Source of the DNA: Nitrospira sp. UW-LDO-01
GTDB taxonomy: Bacteria > Nitrospirota > Nitrospiria > Nitrospirales > Nitrospiraceae
Assembly: GCA_002254365.1 (NCBI GenBank)
Contig: NIUT01000134.1
Location: forward strand, 3,252-67,251
Direction of reading: 5' to 3'
Length of the DNA: 64,000 bases
A program made the position numbers and the translations under genes. The notes below the pieces were generated by a model. The model saw only the letters and a program-made list of their open reading frames with translations, made no database searches and had not been told where the DNA came from. Every line of letters begins with the position of its first letter. Position 1 is the first letter of the stretch. Of this stretch, positions 21,548 through 31,080 are shown one piece after another.

Positions 21548-22541
21548 AGAGGTACATGGTATAGCCGATATAGAAGAGCGCGCCAGCCGCCAGTAACCAC
21601 GGTCGCCAGCGCCCTCCAATCAGGATCTGGAGGAGACAGAGTCCGACTGCCTGCACGGCCAAGACCATGGTCGTCAACGCGGAAGGCGCGATCACCCATT
21701 CAGTTCCGATCAACCCGAGTGAGACGGGGAGCGTGCCTTGAAACACCATGGCACCCGTCACATTGGCGACGGCGAGCCGGTCTTTCTTTCGATACAGCCA
21801 CAAAAAGCTATTGGACATCTCCGGTAATTCGGTGGCCAGTGGCGCGATGAGAAGCGTCAAGATCAAAGGCGACATCGAGAACAATCCCGCCATCGATTCT
21901 GCCGCCAACACGAACAAATGAGCACCCATGATCAAGCCACCCAGCCCTAACAGGGCTTGAAATGCAATCATCGGATGCGAGGGCGTCGTCGCGGTTTTGT
22001 CGAAGATGAGGGGGTCCAGCTCACCGCCTTCGCCCTCTCCACCGGTCGGTGCAAACTTCAGTTTCATGTAGTAAATGTACAAGCAGATCAATCCACCGGC
22101 GGCAATCAGATGGATCAGTCTCGATCGTTCAAAGGCACACCCCAGTGCCACGAGGTAACCAATCATGAAAAACGTCAGGTCCGTGAGGACATCGCGGTAA
22201 TTGAGATGAAATTGCGCGGTGCGTTTGCCCGCTCGTGCGTACAGCACCACCAACAGAGCCAAGAGCGGCAGCACGAGCGTGCTGAGCATAAACGGCGCAC
22301 CGAGGATGGCGCCTAATCCGACATCGATCTCTTCGTCGCTTTCGCCGAAGAAAATGGCAATGATCGGAATCGAGGTTTCAGGGAGCGTTGTGCCGATGGC
22401 CGCGAAGATACTCCCGACCGCGCCTTCAGAGATCCCGAGCCGTTTGCCCAGCCATTCGATCGCATTAGTGAACAACGCACATCCACCCAGTGTGACGACA
22501 ACAGAAACGAGGAACAGGAGAATATAGTACAGGGTGCTCAT
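21537..22541 (-). CDS. Sodium:calcium (CaCA) antiporter family protein
   Basis: Alpha repeats AIGTTLPET and LATELPE; about 10 TMs. Confidence 0.88.
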   Translation of the reverse strand: MSTLYYILLFLVSVVVTLGGCALFTNAIEWLGKRLGISEGAVGSIFAAIGTTLPETSIPIIAIFFGESDEEIDVGLGAILGAPFMLSTLVLPLLALLVVLYARAGKRTAQFHLNYRDVLTDLTFFMIGYLVALGCAFERSRLIHLIAAGGLICLYIYYMKLKFAPTGGEGEGGELDPLIFDKTATTPSHPMIAFQALLGLGGLIMGAHLFVLAAESMAGLFSMSPLILTLLIAPLATELPEMSNSFLWLYRKKDRLAVANVTGAMVFQGTLPVSLGLIGTEWVIAPSALTTMVLAVQAVGLCLLQILIGGRWRPWLLAAGALFYIGYTMYLYAS

Positions 22542-23743
22542 GCGCGGCCCCGCAGTTTCTTCTGGGTCGTTTGTCGATAGGCGTGCAAGGCTTCCTCCAT
22601 GACGGTCTTCAGCGGACGACCGGATCGTTTGGCGATAGATTGACAGTCGATATATTCTGGTGCTGCCTTGTCCCAGCCCGCACCCAGATCAGCCACCTTC
22701 ATGCGAACGATTCCTCCCTGTATTGAGACCGGGACGATACGGCGCGGAAGGATCTGGCGAGTGATTTCTTGCAGTCGCACGCCGAGCGTGGGCGTTTCCT
22801 GGAAGAGGATCTCAAGAACCGCGTTCGTCTGCTCCTTTGGAGTGAGACAGGTCAGCAACACACCTGGGCGACTTTTTTTCATGACAACAGGAACCAGGGC
22901 AACATCGAGGGCGCCGAGATCGAAGAGTCGATCCATGATGTGCTCATAGATTTGTGGATTGAGGTCGTCGAGATTCGTCTCAATTCGCATGATGCGTTCG
23001 GTGTGATAGGTCTCCGGTGTCGCGTCGTCCTGTAGAAAGACGCGCAGCACATTTGGCCAGTCTTCTGGATCGCGGTCTCCGGCTCCATAGCCGACCGTGA
23101 GACTACGCATGACCGGCAGGGGGCCGAACCCCGAGGCCAAGGTTCGCACGAGTGCCACGCCGGTCGGTGTGGCGAGTTCATGCCGTGGGCCCTCGGAATA
23201 GACGGGAATACCTTTGGCCAGTGCAGTCACAGCTGGTCCCGGCACAGGTAAACGACCATGGGACGATTGAATCGAACCAGCTCCCACATTGATCGGAGAG
23301 GAAGTCGCACGAGTCACATTCAGGAGATAGCAGCCCAGGATTCCTCCCACCACGTCGATGAATGAATCGACGACGCCTACTTCATGGAAGTGCACGTCTT
23401 TCGTCGGCACCTGATGGGCCAGTCCTTCCGCGTCGGCTAATAGGTCGAAGACTGACAGACTGCGTGCCTTGACCGGCTCTGGGAGCGTGCTGCGGACAAT
23501 AACGCTTCGAATCCGGGAGAGCGTGAGAGGTCGTTGAAATCCCCGTTGGATCAGAACGTCCACTTTCACGGCATGGAGTGCGCCACGATGTACCGCTCGC
23601 TTGCGTAATGTGTAGCCGGATAGTTTCAGCCGCTTGAGGCCATTGACGAGGTCTGCCCATGGCAGGCCGGCACTGACCAATGCGCCCAAGACCATGTCCC
23701 CGCTCACGCCAGAAAAACAATCGAAATGCAGATGTCGGCCCAC
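22538..23743 (-). CDS. larC: Nickel pincer cofactor biosynthesis protein (Ni insertion)
   Basis: FDCFSGVSGDM, VHFHEVG, PVPGPA, TPTG, ETNLDD, MKKSRPG. Confidence 0.92.
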   Translation of the reverse strand: MGRHLHFDCFSGVSGDMVLGALVSAGLPWADLVNGLKRLKLSGYTLRKRAVHRGALHAVKVDVLIQRGFQRPLTLSRIRSVIVRSTLPEPVKARSLSVFDLLADAEGLAHQVPTKDVHFHEVGVVDSFIDVVGGILGCYLLNVTRATSSPINVGAGSIQSSHGRLPVPGPAVTALAKGIPVYSEGPRHELATPTGVALVRTLASGFGPLPVMRSLTVGYGAGDRDPEDWPNVLRVFLQDDATPETYHTERIMRIETNLDDLNPQIYEHIMDRLFDLGALDVALVPVVMKKSRPGVLLTCLTPKEQTNAVLEILFQETPTLGVRLQEITRQILPRRIVPVSIQGGIVRMKVADLGAGWDKAAPEYIDCQSIAKRSGRPLKTVMEEALHAYRQTTQKKLRGRA

Positions 23744-23897
23744 GGCTCTCCTTAGTCAGCAGTGAAAAAGACCGCACATCTTACCGAAGGTCTGGCCGAA
23801 CGGCAATCATTGGTTCATTGTTGCTGCTTCGTTGACAGCCCCTGGAGGCTATGTTATCCCCCATAAAAGATGAGTTACTTGAAGTGACTGGGAGTCA

Positions 23898-24470
23898 GTG
23901 TGGCTACATCACTATATCTCTATGAAGGTAGGTGTTCTGTTGTTTATGAGATCACACCAACAACGATGTAAGAGACTGACGCTCGGGCTTCTCTGTCTAT
24001 ACGGTTGTTTGATTGGCTTTCCTCTGGCTGAGAGTTTCGCAAAGGAAAAGCCATCCCGTGTCCCAAGGCCTGAACCGGAGCTCAAGATCGTCGATCTTGA
24101 TATCGCCCCGATGCCGTACACGCAAGGCAATGGACCGCTCAAGTTTTCAGTGACGGTTCAGCTTCCGAGAGAAGTGGATCCAACGAGGATTCTTGAAGTG
24201 ACCTCTCTGATCAGTTCTCCGTCAAAGACCTCACTTCGGTTTCTCACGCATCGACAGCCTGTTCAGATCGAATCGACTCGGAATGGGGAACAGGAGCGTC
24301 GTAAGGTGGTAGTGGAACTCGTGTGGGACGGTCAGGATCACCGCAAGCAGATTGCGGGTGTTGGTACCTACTCCTACGAAGTTCGGACAAAGTTGCTGGC
24401 CAACGGAGAACGAGGACTACGCACCATGATGGTGGCCTGGCCGAAGCGAGGCACTCTGGAAGTGAAGTGA
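23898..24470 (+). CDS. Exported hypothetical protein, FlgD-Ig-like C-terminus
   Basis: Signal peptide; WDGQD...GTYSYEV motif. Confidence 0.7.
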   Translation: MWLHHYISMKVGVLLFMRSHQQRCKRLTLGLLCLYGCLIGFPLAESFAKEKPSRVPRPEPELKIVDLDIAPMPYTQGNGPLKFSVTVQLPREVDPTRILEVTSLISSPSKTSLRFLTHRQPVQIESTRNGEQERRKVVVELVWDGQDHRKQIAGVGTYSYEVRTKLLANGERGLRTMMVAWPKRGTLEVK

Positions 24471-24473
24471 CAT

Positions 24474-24540
24474 CGTCAAAGCTGAAGTGGGGAAACGAGA
24501 GATCTTTTTCTGCCTTTACCTCTCACCTTTCACACCTAAC
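24474..24540. repeat. Heptamer-built imperfect palindrome overlapping the larB 3' end
   Basis: Right arm CCTTTAC-CTCTCAC-CTTTCAC-ACCTAAC; purine-rich left arm. Confidence 0.55.
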
Positions 24541-25283
24541 ATGTTGATCCGATGTGCGAGACAGGCGGCGCCGAAGCCGTTATCGATATTCATGACGCCC
24601 ACACCGGCTGCACAGGAATTGAGCATCGTCAATAACGCCGCTACTCCTCCGAAACTGGCTCCATACCCTCGGCTCGTTGGGACCGCGATGACCGGACAGT
24701 GAACGAGTCCCCCTACGACGCTTGGCAAGACCCCATCCATTCCGGCCACCACGATAATAACCTGTGCATCAAACAAGCGATCTTTCTTCCCAAGTAGGCG
24801 ATGGATCCCCGCGACTCCAACGTCGTACAGTCGCTCGACACGACTTCCCATCACTTCAGCCGTGATGCGAGCCTCTTCCGCTACCGGGACATCAGCTGTA
24901 CCGGCAGTCACCACCAGAATCTGGCCTTGCGCCTTCTGCCGTGCCGGATGGATTGCGACCAGACGTGCGTCCGAATAGTACCGCGCTCGACGATCGAGTC
25001 GGCGTATTGCTCGGGCGACCGTTGGTTCCGCACGGGTGGCGAGGAATGGGCCCCCTTTTTTAATCAAGGCTCGAGCGATCGCCACAACCTGTTCCGTAGT
25101 TTTTCCCTCGCAGAGGACGACCTCGGGAAATCCTTGCCGCAGCGACCGATGGTGGTCGAGCGAGGCAAAACCGAGATCTTCATACGGGAGAGACCGCAGG
25201 CGCTGGAGTCCTTGTTCTACGGTCAGTTGTCCCATATGGATCTGTTGAAGTAATTGTTCAAGCCCTTCGGTAATCATATTCAA
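24516..25283 (-). CDS. larB: Nickel pincer cofactor biosynthesis protein (PurE-like carboxylase)
   Basis: DHHRSLRQGFPEVV, TAGTADVPVAEEA, VAGMDGVLPSVV, NIDNGFGAA. Confidence 0.93.
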   Translation of the reverse strand: MNMITEGLEQLLQQIHMGQLTVEQGLQRLRSLPYEDLGFASLDHHRSLRQGFPEVVLCEGKTTEQVVAIARALIKKGGPFLATRAEPTVARAIRRLDRRARYYSDARLVAIHPARQKAQGQILVVTAGTADVPVAEEARITAEVMGSRVERLYDVGVAGIHRLLGKKDRLFDAQVIIVVAGMDGVLPSVVGGLVHCPVIAVPTSRGYGASFGGVAALLTMLNSCAAGVGVMNIDNGFGAACLAHRINMLGVKGER

Positions 25284-26302
25284 CCCTTTTCCAGTTTGGC
25301 ATCCCGCTCCATCAGATCACTGACCGCCTGGCGACAGGACTTGTTCTCATGGAGGACGGCGTTGATCTCCTGAATGATGGGCATCTCAACCTGGTGACGC
25401 AAGGCCAGTGTGAGCGCAGCGCGAGCTGTTCTGACACCCTCGGCGACGGCCTGCATTCCGGTTATGATTGTCTCGAGCCGCTCACCTTTACCGAGTCGTA
25501 CACCCACAGAATGATTTCGGCTGAGCGTTCCGGTGCAGGTCAAGACCAAATCACCAACGCCGGAGAGTCCATAAAATGTGCGAGGATCCGCTCCCATCGC
25601 GACACCAAGCCGGATGATTTCTGCCAACCCACGGGTGATGAGGGCGGCGCGAGCATTCAGCCCGAGTTCCAGCCCATCGATGACGCCCGCAGCCAACGCC
25701 ATTACATTCTTCAACGCCCCTCCCAGCTGGACGCCCAGTAGATCGCTGTCGGCATAGACGCGCAACACCGGCGTCATCAACGCGTTCTGAAAGCGCTGGA
25801 CCAGCGGCGCGTTCCTGCCTGCGAGGCAAACGGCTGTGGGCTGACCCGCGCTAAGCTCAGCGGCGAAGCTGGGTCCGGAGAGCACCATCAGGGCGTCGTG
25901 CATGGAGGGGAGTAATTCATCCTCCATCACCTGGGTCATCAATTTGGCCGTCTCTTCTTCAATACCCTTGGTGGCGCAGATCAATGGGATGGGGTCGGAT
26001 AAGAAGGGCCTCAGCTTCTGAAGCACTAGCCGCGTGGCATGGGAGGGCACGGCAAACACCAGCCCATCACACGAACTCGACGCCTCTTCCAAAGATGAAG
26101 TGGCAATCAATGCACGCGGGAGAGCAATGCCTTTGAGAAAAATCGGGTTTTCATGAGAGGTATTGATGGCGTGAACGACGTCCCGTTCATAGGCCCAGAG
26201 GCGTACCTCCAGCCCCTTCTCGGCCAGGTGTTTGGCCAGGGCTGTACCCCAAGCCCCAGCACCAATCACACCTATCTTGCTGATAGCACCAGGCATAAGC
26301 AA
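25280..26302 (-). CDS. gpsA: NAD(P)H-dependent glycerol-3-phosphate dehydrogenase
   Basis: GAGAWGTALA, ATKGIE, SGPSFA, GGALKNV, GDLVLTC, SRN. Confidence 0.96.
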   Translation of the reverse strand: MLMPGAISKIGVIGAGAWGTALAKHLAEKGLEVRLWAYERDVVHAINTSHENPIFLKGIALPRALIATSSLEEASSSCDGLVFAVPSHATRLVLQKLRPFLSDPIPLICATKGIEEETAKLMTQVMEDELLPSMHDALMVLSGPSFAAELSAGQPTAVCLAGRNAPLVQRFQNALMTPVLRVYADSDLLGVQLGGALKNVMALAAGVIDGLELGLNARAALITRGLAEIIRLGVAMGADPRTFYGLSGVGDLVLTCTGTLSRNHSVGVRLGKGERLETIITGMQAVAEGVRTARAALTLALRHQVEMPIIQEINAVLHENKSCRQAVSDLMERDAKLEKG

Positions 26303-26444
26303 TCAGTTTGATCTCCACATGATCACCGACATCACTTGTGGGAGCCGATTATAGGAACGCGCTGAAGAACCTGTCAACGAATGGGGTCGGGGCTCCTATT
26401 CTCAAGATCCGCTAGAGGGGCATTGAAATCAATCTCTTGTGACG

Positions 26445-26460
26445 TGGCATGGAATCTGCT
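26445..26460 (+). promoter_or_regulatory. Sigma-54 (-24/-12) promoter
   Basis: TGGCATGGAATCTGCT, exact GG-N10-GC spacing, upstream of the OM barrel gene. Confidence 0.65.
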
Positions 26461-26554
26461 GAGCTGCTCGGTGAGGACTTGAAGAGCCTGTTGGTCCGAC
26501 CGAATCAGGTCATTGGATGGGGCATAGCAACGAACGCGTGATCAGGAGGAAGTA

Positions 26555-27325
26555 GTGATGAAACCAAGGGTTATGAAAGGAAATGGATCAGGAATCGGGA
26601 TGCGAGCGGTGTGGCTTACGGCAATTCTGATGTCTCTGAACGTTTCCAGTGCCTATTCAGAAATGTACATCGGTGGACAAGTTGGAACGACATTCTTCGG
26701 CGACAACAACAAGCTCACACGGGTTGAGATTACCGATCTCAGTGCTCCCCCTGGATCTTTTCTCACTCCACGGGGTTCAATGTCAGGGCGCGATCTGGCC
26801 AGTTCTCCTGTGTGGGGTGGGAAGATAGGTTACTACTTTCCCAAGGTGAGCTGGTTTGGGGTAGAACTGGAAGCCTATTACAGCAACCCCCACATTGAGC
26901 AGGGGCCAACAAGAGTCAGTATTCTTCCGGGGACGGTTGTCGTTGGCGGTACTGTAACGAGTGGTGATGATGTAAGAATATTCCCGGGCGACAATTTTCG
27001 AGTGATCACCATTGCGCCATTCAATCTCATGTTTCGTTACAACAAGGCACGATTTCAGCCGTATATCGGCGTGGGGCCTGCGATACTCTTGTCTCGAATT
27101 GAGACGACGGAGGTCGGGTTTCAGGGGACACAGAGTTCAACGAAAGTTGGTCTCAACGTAAAACTGGGTGGCGAATACTTCTTTACTGAGCATATCTCAG
27201 GATATGGAGAGGTACGGTACAATTACACGCGATTCGACTTTGACGCAACTGAAGCCGGAGGCTTTGGCTTTACGGCAACCTATAATCCGATTATCTTTTC
27301 TTTTGGGGTGGGCTATCACTTCTAA
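26555..27325 (+). CDS. Outer-membrane beta-barrel protein
   Basis: Signal peptide, YIGGQVG, QPYIGVG, GVGYHF C-terminus; AGGAGG RBS. Confidence 0.85.
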   Translation: MMKPRVMKGNGSGIGMRAVWLTAILMSLNVSSAYSEMYIGGQVGTTFFGDNNKLTRVEITDLSAPPGSFLTPRGSMSGRDLASSPVWGGKIGYYFPKVSWFGVELEAYYSNPHIEQGPTRVSILPGTVVVGGTVTSGDDVRIFPGDNFRVITIAPFNLMFRYNKARFQPYIGVGPAILLSRIETTEVGFQGTQSSTKVGLNVKLGGEYFFTEHISGYGEVRYNYTRFDFDATEAGGFGFTATYNPIIFSFGVGYHF

Positions 27326-27393
27326 CTACTCAGCGGGCTAGCATCTCGGGGGCATTTCCCTGTATGTAGGTGGCATACCGGGAATGCCCAACG

Positions 27394-27753
27394 ATGCAAG
27401 CCTGCCCTTTCTGTGACCGGTCACAACCAGAGATAAATCGGTTCTGTACTCAGTGCGGTCGGCGGCTTGATGGGACCGCAGAGTCTAGGTCCGGTGCTAG
27501 GCCTCGCGCAACTCCTCCCGATCAGCTCAACCTCTCCATCTTATACGGCATGGTCGTAGTTCTGATGCTGGCGCTGCTGTTCCCGCCGTGGGAAACGCCG
27601 CCAAGTCAGACTCCCGAATTTCTTGGTATGCATTTCATCCTCTCCCCTCCAGCCCCTGATGCCGTCATGAGTCGCATGCTCCTGACGATTGAACTGGTGA
27701 CGATTGCGATTGCCGGGATGTACGGGGCGTTTCTGTTCCGGAAAAAGCCATGA
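27394..27753 (+). CDS. Zinc-ribbon + 2-TM membrane protein
   Basis: CPFC...FCTQCG followed by two hydrophobic segments. Confidence 0.7.
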   Translation: MQACPFCDRSQPEINRFCTQCGRRLDGTAESRSGARPRATPPDQLNLSILYGMVVVLMLALLFPPWETPPSQTPEFLGMHFILSPPAPDAVMSRMLLTIELVTIAIAGMYGAFLFRKKP

Positions 27754-27866
27754 AGTAGATGTGGCGAAGTCCATCAGTCGAAACGTCACGTCCTCAAGCC
27801 GAAAGTCTGTGAAGGGCATCGTAAAGACACTTGAAAGAAATGAAAACCTCCTAGGTTCGAGCTGAA

Positions 27867-28667
27867 TCAATCCAAAGCCAACGTCAGGCATTTAGCTGAC
27901 CCACCCGATTTCATGAACTCATCGAGCTGAACTGCATGGGTGTCGTATCCCCGTTCCTGCAGCAAGCTTTCTGTCCTGGGACATCCGGCGGGAAGAACCA
28001 CATGCTTTCCTACACAGACGGCGTTGCAGGCGAACTTCAGGGCTTCGTGTTCAGGGACCACCAGACGCTGCTCGGTGGGGACTCGGGTAGCCAGTACCTC
28101 TCGACCATCCAGATCGAAGGCGGCGGGGAAATACAGCAGCTCGCCGCCGCTTAATGGGCAGAAACAGGTATCGAGATGGTAGAAGCGATTGTCGATGAGT
28201 TCGAGCGGAATGATTTCTCGATGGAAGTGCTCGCTGAGGATCGGGTACACACCGATATCCGATCGCTGTCGATACCCACCGAACCAGGTATCGGACAATC
28301 CCAGGAGATCGCCCGCGCCCTCAAAGTGAAGGCCGGTCTGCACCGTCATGACGTCATACCCCTGCCGGCGAAACCAACGCTCGACATGCGCCTCCTCTCG
28401 CTGGCGCTCAGGATGTCGGAAGTGACTCACGACGGCCGTGCGTCCGACAACCAGTCCGGCATTCGCCGTAAACACAAGATCCGGTAGTCCGGGAATGGGG
28501 GGCATTCGTTCGAGCATCACACCCAATTCCTGTTCAAGAATCTCCATCAAGGTATGCCACTGTGAGACGGCTCGCTCGTGGTCGACTCGGTTGCTGAGGC
28601 GCATCCAGGGATTGATCTCATACTCGATACCGAAAAAGTCCGGTGGGCAGACCAGGAGGCGACTCAT
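27867..28667 (-). CDS. Amidinotransferase/pentein-family enzyme, similar to the arginine dihydrolase domain of ArgZ/AgrE
   Basis: CPPDFFGIEYEINPWM, PDLVFTANAG, FEGAGD, YHLDTCFCPL, SGGSAKCL catalytic Cys. Confidence 0.88.
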   Translation of the reverse strand: MSRLLVCPPDFFGIEYEINPWMRLSNRVDHERAVSQWHTLMEILEQELGVMLERMPPIPGLPDLVFTANAGLVVGRTAVVSHFRHPERQREEAHVERWFRRQGYDVMTVQTGLHFEGAGDLLGLSDTWFGGYRQRSDIGVYPILSEHFHREIIPLELIDNRFYHLDTCFCPLSGGELLYFPAAFDLDGREVLATRVPTEQRLVVPEHEALKFACNAVCVGKHVVLPAGCPRTESLLQERGYDTHAVQLDEFMKSGGSAKCLTLALD

Positions 28668-29908
28668 GCTTGCCTTCCCAGAACCCGAGCCAGTTCTGTT
28701 AGAAACGATGCTGCGTCCATGACAAGACCGACGGCTTGAAAGCTGCCGCGATCGGCTAATTTGGTCGGGACTGAGGGATTCACGTCGACACAGACGGTCG
28801 GGATGGTCGCCGGGAGCAGATTGCCGGTGGCAATGGCATGCAGCGTGGACGCAACCAACAGCGCCAATCCCACACCGGGAATCATAGCTCGCATGGCGTT
28901 TTGCGCTTCGACAGAGTCTGTGATCACCCCAGGCAAGGGGCCATCGTCACGGATTGTCCCAGCGATGACGACCGATACCTCTTGTCGGACACAGGCTGCC
29001 ATTATCCCTTGCGCGATCACGCCGGAAGTCACGGCTGCCTGAATACTGCCGATGGTACGAATGCGATTGATGGTCCGTAAATGGTGTTCGTGGCCGTGGG
29101 GAACTGCGCGCCCGACCCTGAGTCCGTATCCGAGCGAAGTGCCATACAGGTCGGCTTCCATGTCATGCGCAGCCAGCGCATTGCCGCAGAACAGCACCTG
29201 GATAAAGCCCTGTTCGATCAACCACGTGAGTGCCTCCCGACCACCGGCATGAATGATGGCCGGTCCGCCGGCAAGCAACACTTTGGAGTCAGGTTGCCCT
29301 TCCTGGTATTGAGCACGCAATCGTCTCATCCGAGCCGCGACATCAGCGATGACGTGCCCATGGGGGCGCTCCGCCGAGACATGCGACTCCATGAATCCAA
29401 ACACATCCCGTTCTTGCGGACGCTGCAAGGGAATGACCCGCACACCAGCACGGCCGACGACGACTCGATCGCCACGGCGAACCTCGCCCATCGGAACCGC
29501 GCGCGCTGCCATGCCTTGTTCATCCACGAGGATCGCAAGGTCCATCTCGATGCGATCGACCTCCAGCCACCGGCCATTGAGCCGAATCTGAGTGGGTAAG
29601 TGGGTCGTGGCGTAGAAATCGTCGGGTAACAGGCCATCGGCTGGCGCTTGATCAGTCCGACAGTCAGCCTCACCTTCAACTAAGGCTCCATGCGGCTGAA
29701 TCGCTTTCAGAATGTCATCCAGAAGACTACGCGAGGTCGCTCGGATCACGATGCGGGCAAGAGAGGGTTCTTCACGCGTCTTTCCGATGCAGACGTCTTC
29801 AAGGTCGAAAGTCCCACCCATCATCACGATGAGGTCCAGTACCTTCGCCAGCACGAGGGAGTCGATGATGTGTCCTTGCAGAACGACAGTCTCGTGATAA
29901 GTGCTCAT
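28664..29908 (-). CDS. TIGR00300 (LOR/SDH) family protein, similar to the ornithine cyclodeaminase part of AgrE
   Basis: QGHIIDS, PDDFYATT, FGFMESHVSAER, GPAIIH, GNALAAHD, GTIRDDGPLP. Confidence 0.88.
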   Translation of the reverse strand: MSTYHETVVLQGHIIDSLVLAKVLDLIVMMGGTFDLEDVCIGKTREEPSLARIVIRATSRSLLDDILKAIQPHGALVEGEADCRTDQAPADGLLPDDFYATTHLPTQIRLNGRWLEVDRIEMDLAILVDEQGMAARAVPMGEVRRGDRVVVGRAGVRVIPLQRPQERDVFGFMESHVSAERPHGHVIADVAARMRRLRAQYQEGQPDSKVLLAGGPAIIHAGGREALTWLIEQGFIQVLFCGNALAAHDMEADLYGTSLGYGLRVGRAVPHGHEHHLRTINRIRTIGSIQAAVTSGVIAQGIMAACVRQEVSVVIAGTIRDDGPLPGVITDSVEAQNAMRAMIPGVGLALLVASTLHAIATGNLLPATIPTVCVDVNPSVPTKLADRGSFQAVGLVMDAASFLTELARVLGRQA

Positions 29909-29979
29909 AGCCTTGTGTGTTACAGCTGGCCGTATTGTATCACTCGGTGGAGGAGGCGAAAGAAAATGAGAATTGACCG

Positions 29980-31044
29980 CTATGGGGTGGACTGAGATGG
30001 TTTCATCAATTCTCGTAACACGCTTGTCGCATAAGCACCTGGAGGCAGGCTAAATGAGAGAGTGAGGATATTCTGGTTCAACGACCAGACTAGTTCGGTC
30101 AGCGGGACGCGAAGTGCACGACGTTCTCCTCGAAATCCGCAGGCCTTGGCGGCGGTAATGAGGACGTCTTTGGTGGCGCCTGCTTCGGTGATGACCGTCT
30201 CTTCGATCACACCGGGTTCACCCCCGGCCCAAGATACGCGTGACCCAAAGAGAATCCCGGTCGGGCTGATCTCAAAGCGATCGGCGCGTGGTTGCTCCTT
30301 CTCCGCATCGTCGACCTGGAAGCAGGCGCCGTTGTCCTGTTTCATTGCCCAGTCGCCGATGAACAGACGATCAATCTGATCGATCCGGCGGGCAAGGATC
30401 CGATTGAACAGAAAGGACTGATAGGTATTGAGATACCAGATACGCTGGTTACGATTCATCTTCTCGCGTCGACGGGCATCGTGGAGTAAGGCTGCGCCGG
30501 TTTGGTAGTTGGTCCCATCCTTTCCTTGCCGTTGAGGACCAAAGTAGTTCGGGACTCCGCGTCTGGTGAGCTGCTCAAGAATCACTGGAGCGGTGTCCTT
30601 TGCGTGGCCGGCAACTTCGCGGATGGTCAGATGGAAACGATTGCCCGCATGGTGACCGGTGCGAAGCCGATTGCGATGGCGTCCGAGGACGGTCACATTC
30701 AGGATGGTGTCATCGACGGAGAGGCTAGCGACCTGCTCAGGAGACACACCTTGCAAAGAGATCATTTGCGTCGTGACGGCTCGCGCGTCTTTCAGGCCTG
30801 CGACCCCGATGGCTTGCGCCTTGATCCCCAATGTCGAGGAGAGCCGTCGGACGAGATCGGGCGTGGAAAGACCACGCTTCGTGATCGTGATGTAGAGGTG
30901 TTCTCCTTCGCCGCAGGGCAGGTAGAGGGGCCGCTCTTCAACCTGAAAGTCCTCCGGCACAGAACGCATTCGTCCACCGATTCCGGGAAGATCACTCGTC
31001 AGAAAGGGTTCGTTCAGTGGTTCCATCGGTTCTCCGTACGGCAT
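29980..31044 (-). CDS. truD: tRNA pseudouridine(13) synthase
   Basis: PEDFQVEE, AGLKDARAVTTQ, GNRF, VPNYFGPQR, FSLPPGAYAT. Confidence 0.95.
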   Translation of the reverse strand: MPYGEPMEPLNEPFLTSDLPGIGGRMRSVPEDFQVEERPLYLPCGEGEHLYITITKRGLSTPDLVRRLSSTLGIKAQAIGVAGLKDARAVTTQMISLQGVSPEQVASLSVDDTILNVTVLGRHRNRLRTGHHAGNRFHLTIREVAGHAKDTAPVILEQLTRRGVPNYFGPQRQGKDGTNYQTGAALLHDARRREKMNRNQRIWYLNTYQSFLFNRILARRIDQIDRLFIGDWAMKQDNGACFQVDDAEKEQPRADRFEISPTGILFGSRVSWAGGEPGVIEETVITEAGATKDVLITAAKACGFRGERRALRVPLTELVWSLNQNILTLSFSLPPGAYATSVLRELMKPSQSTP

Positions 31045-31080
31045 CGACTCAGTGACCGCATGCTATACTTTTTCTGATCC

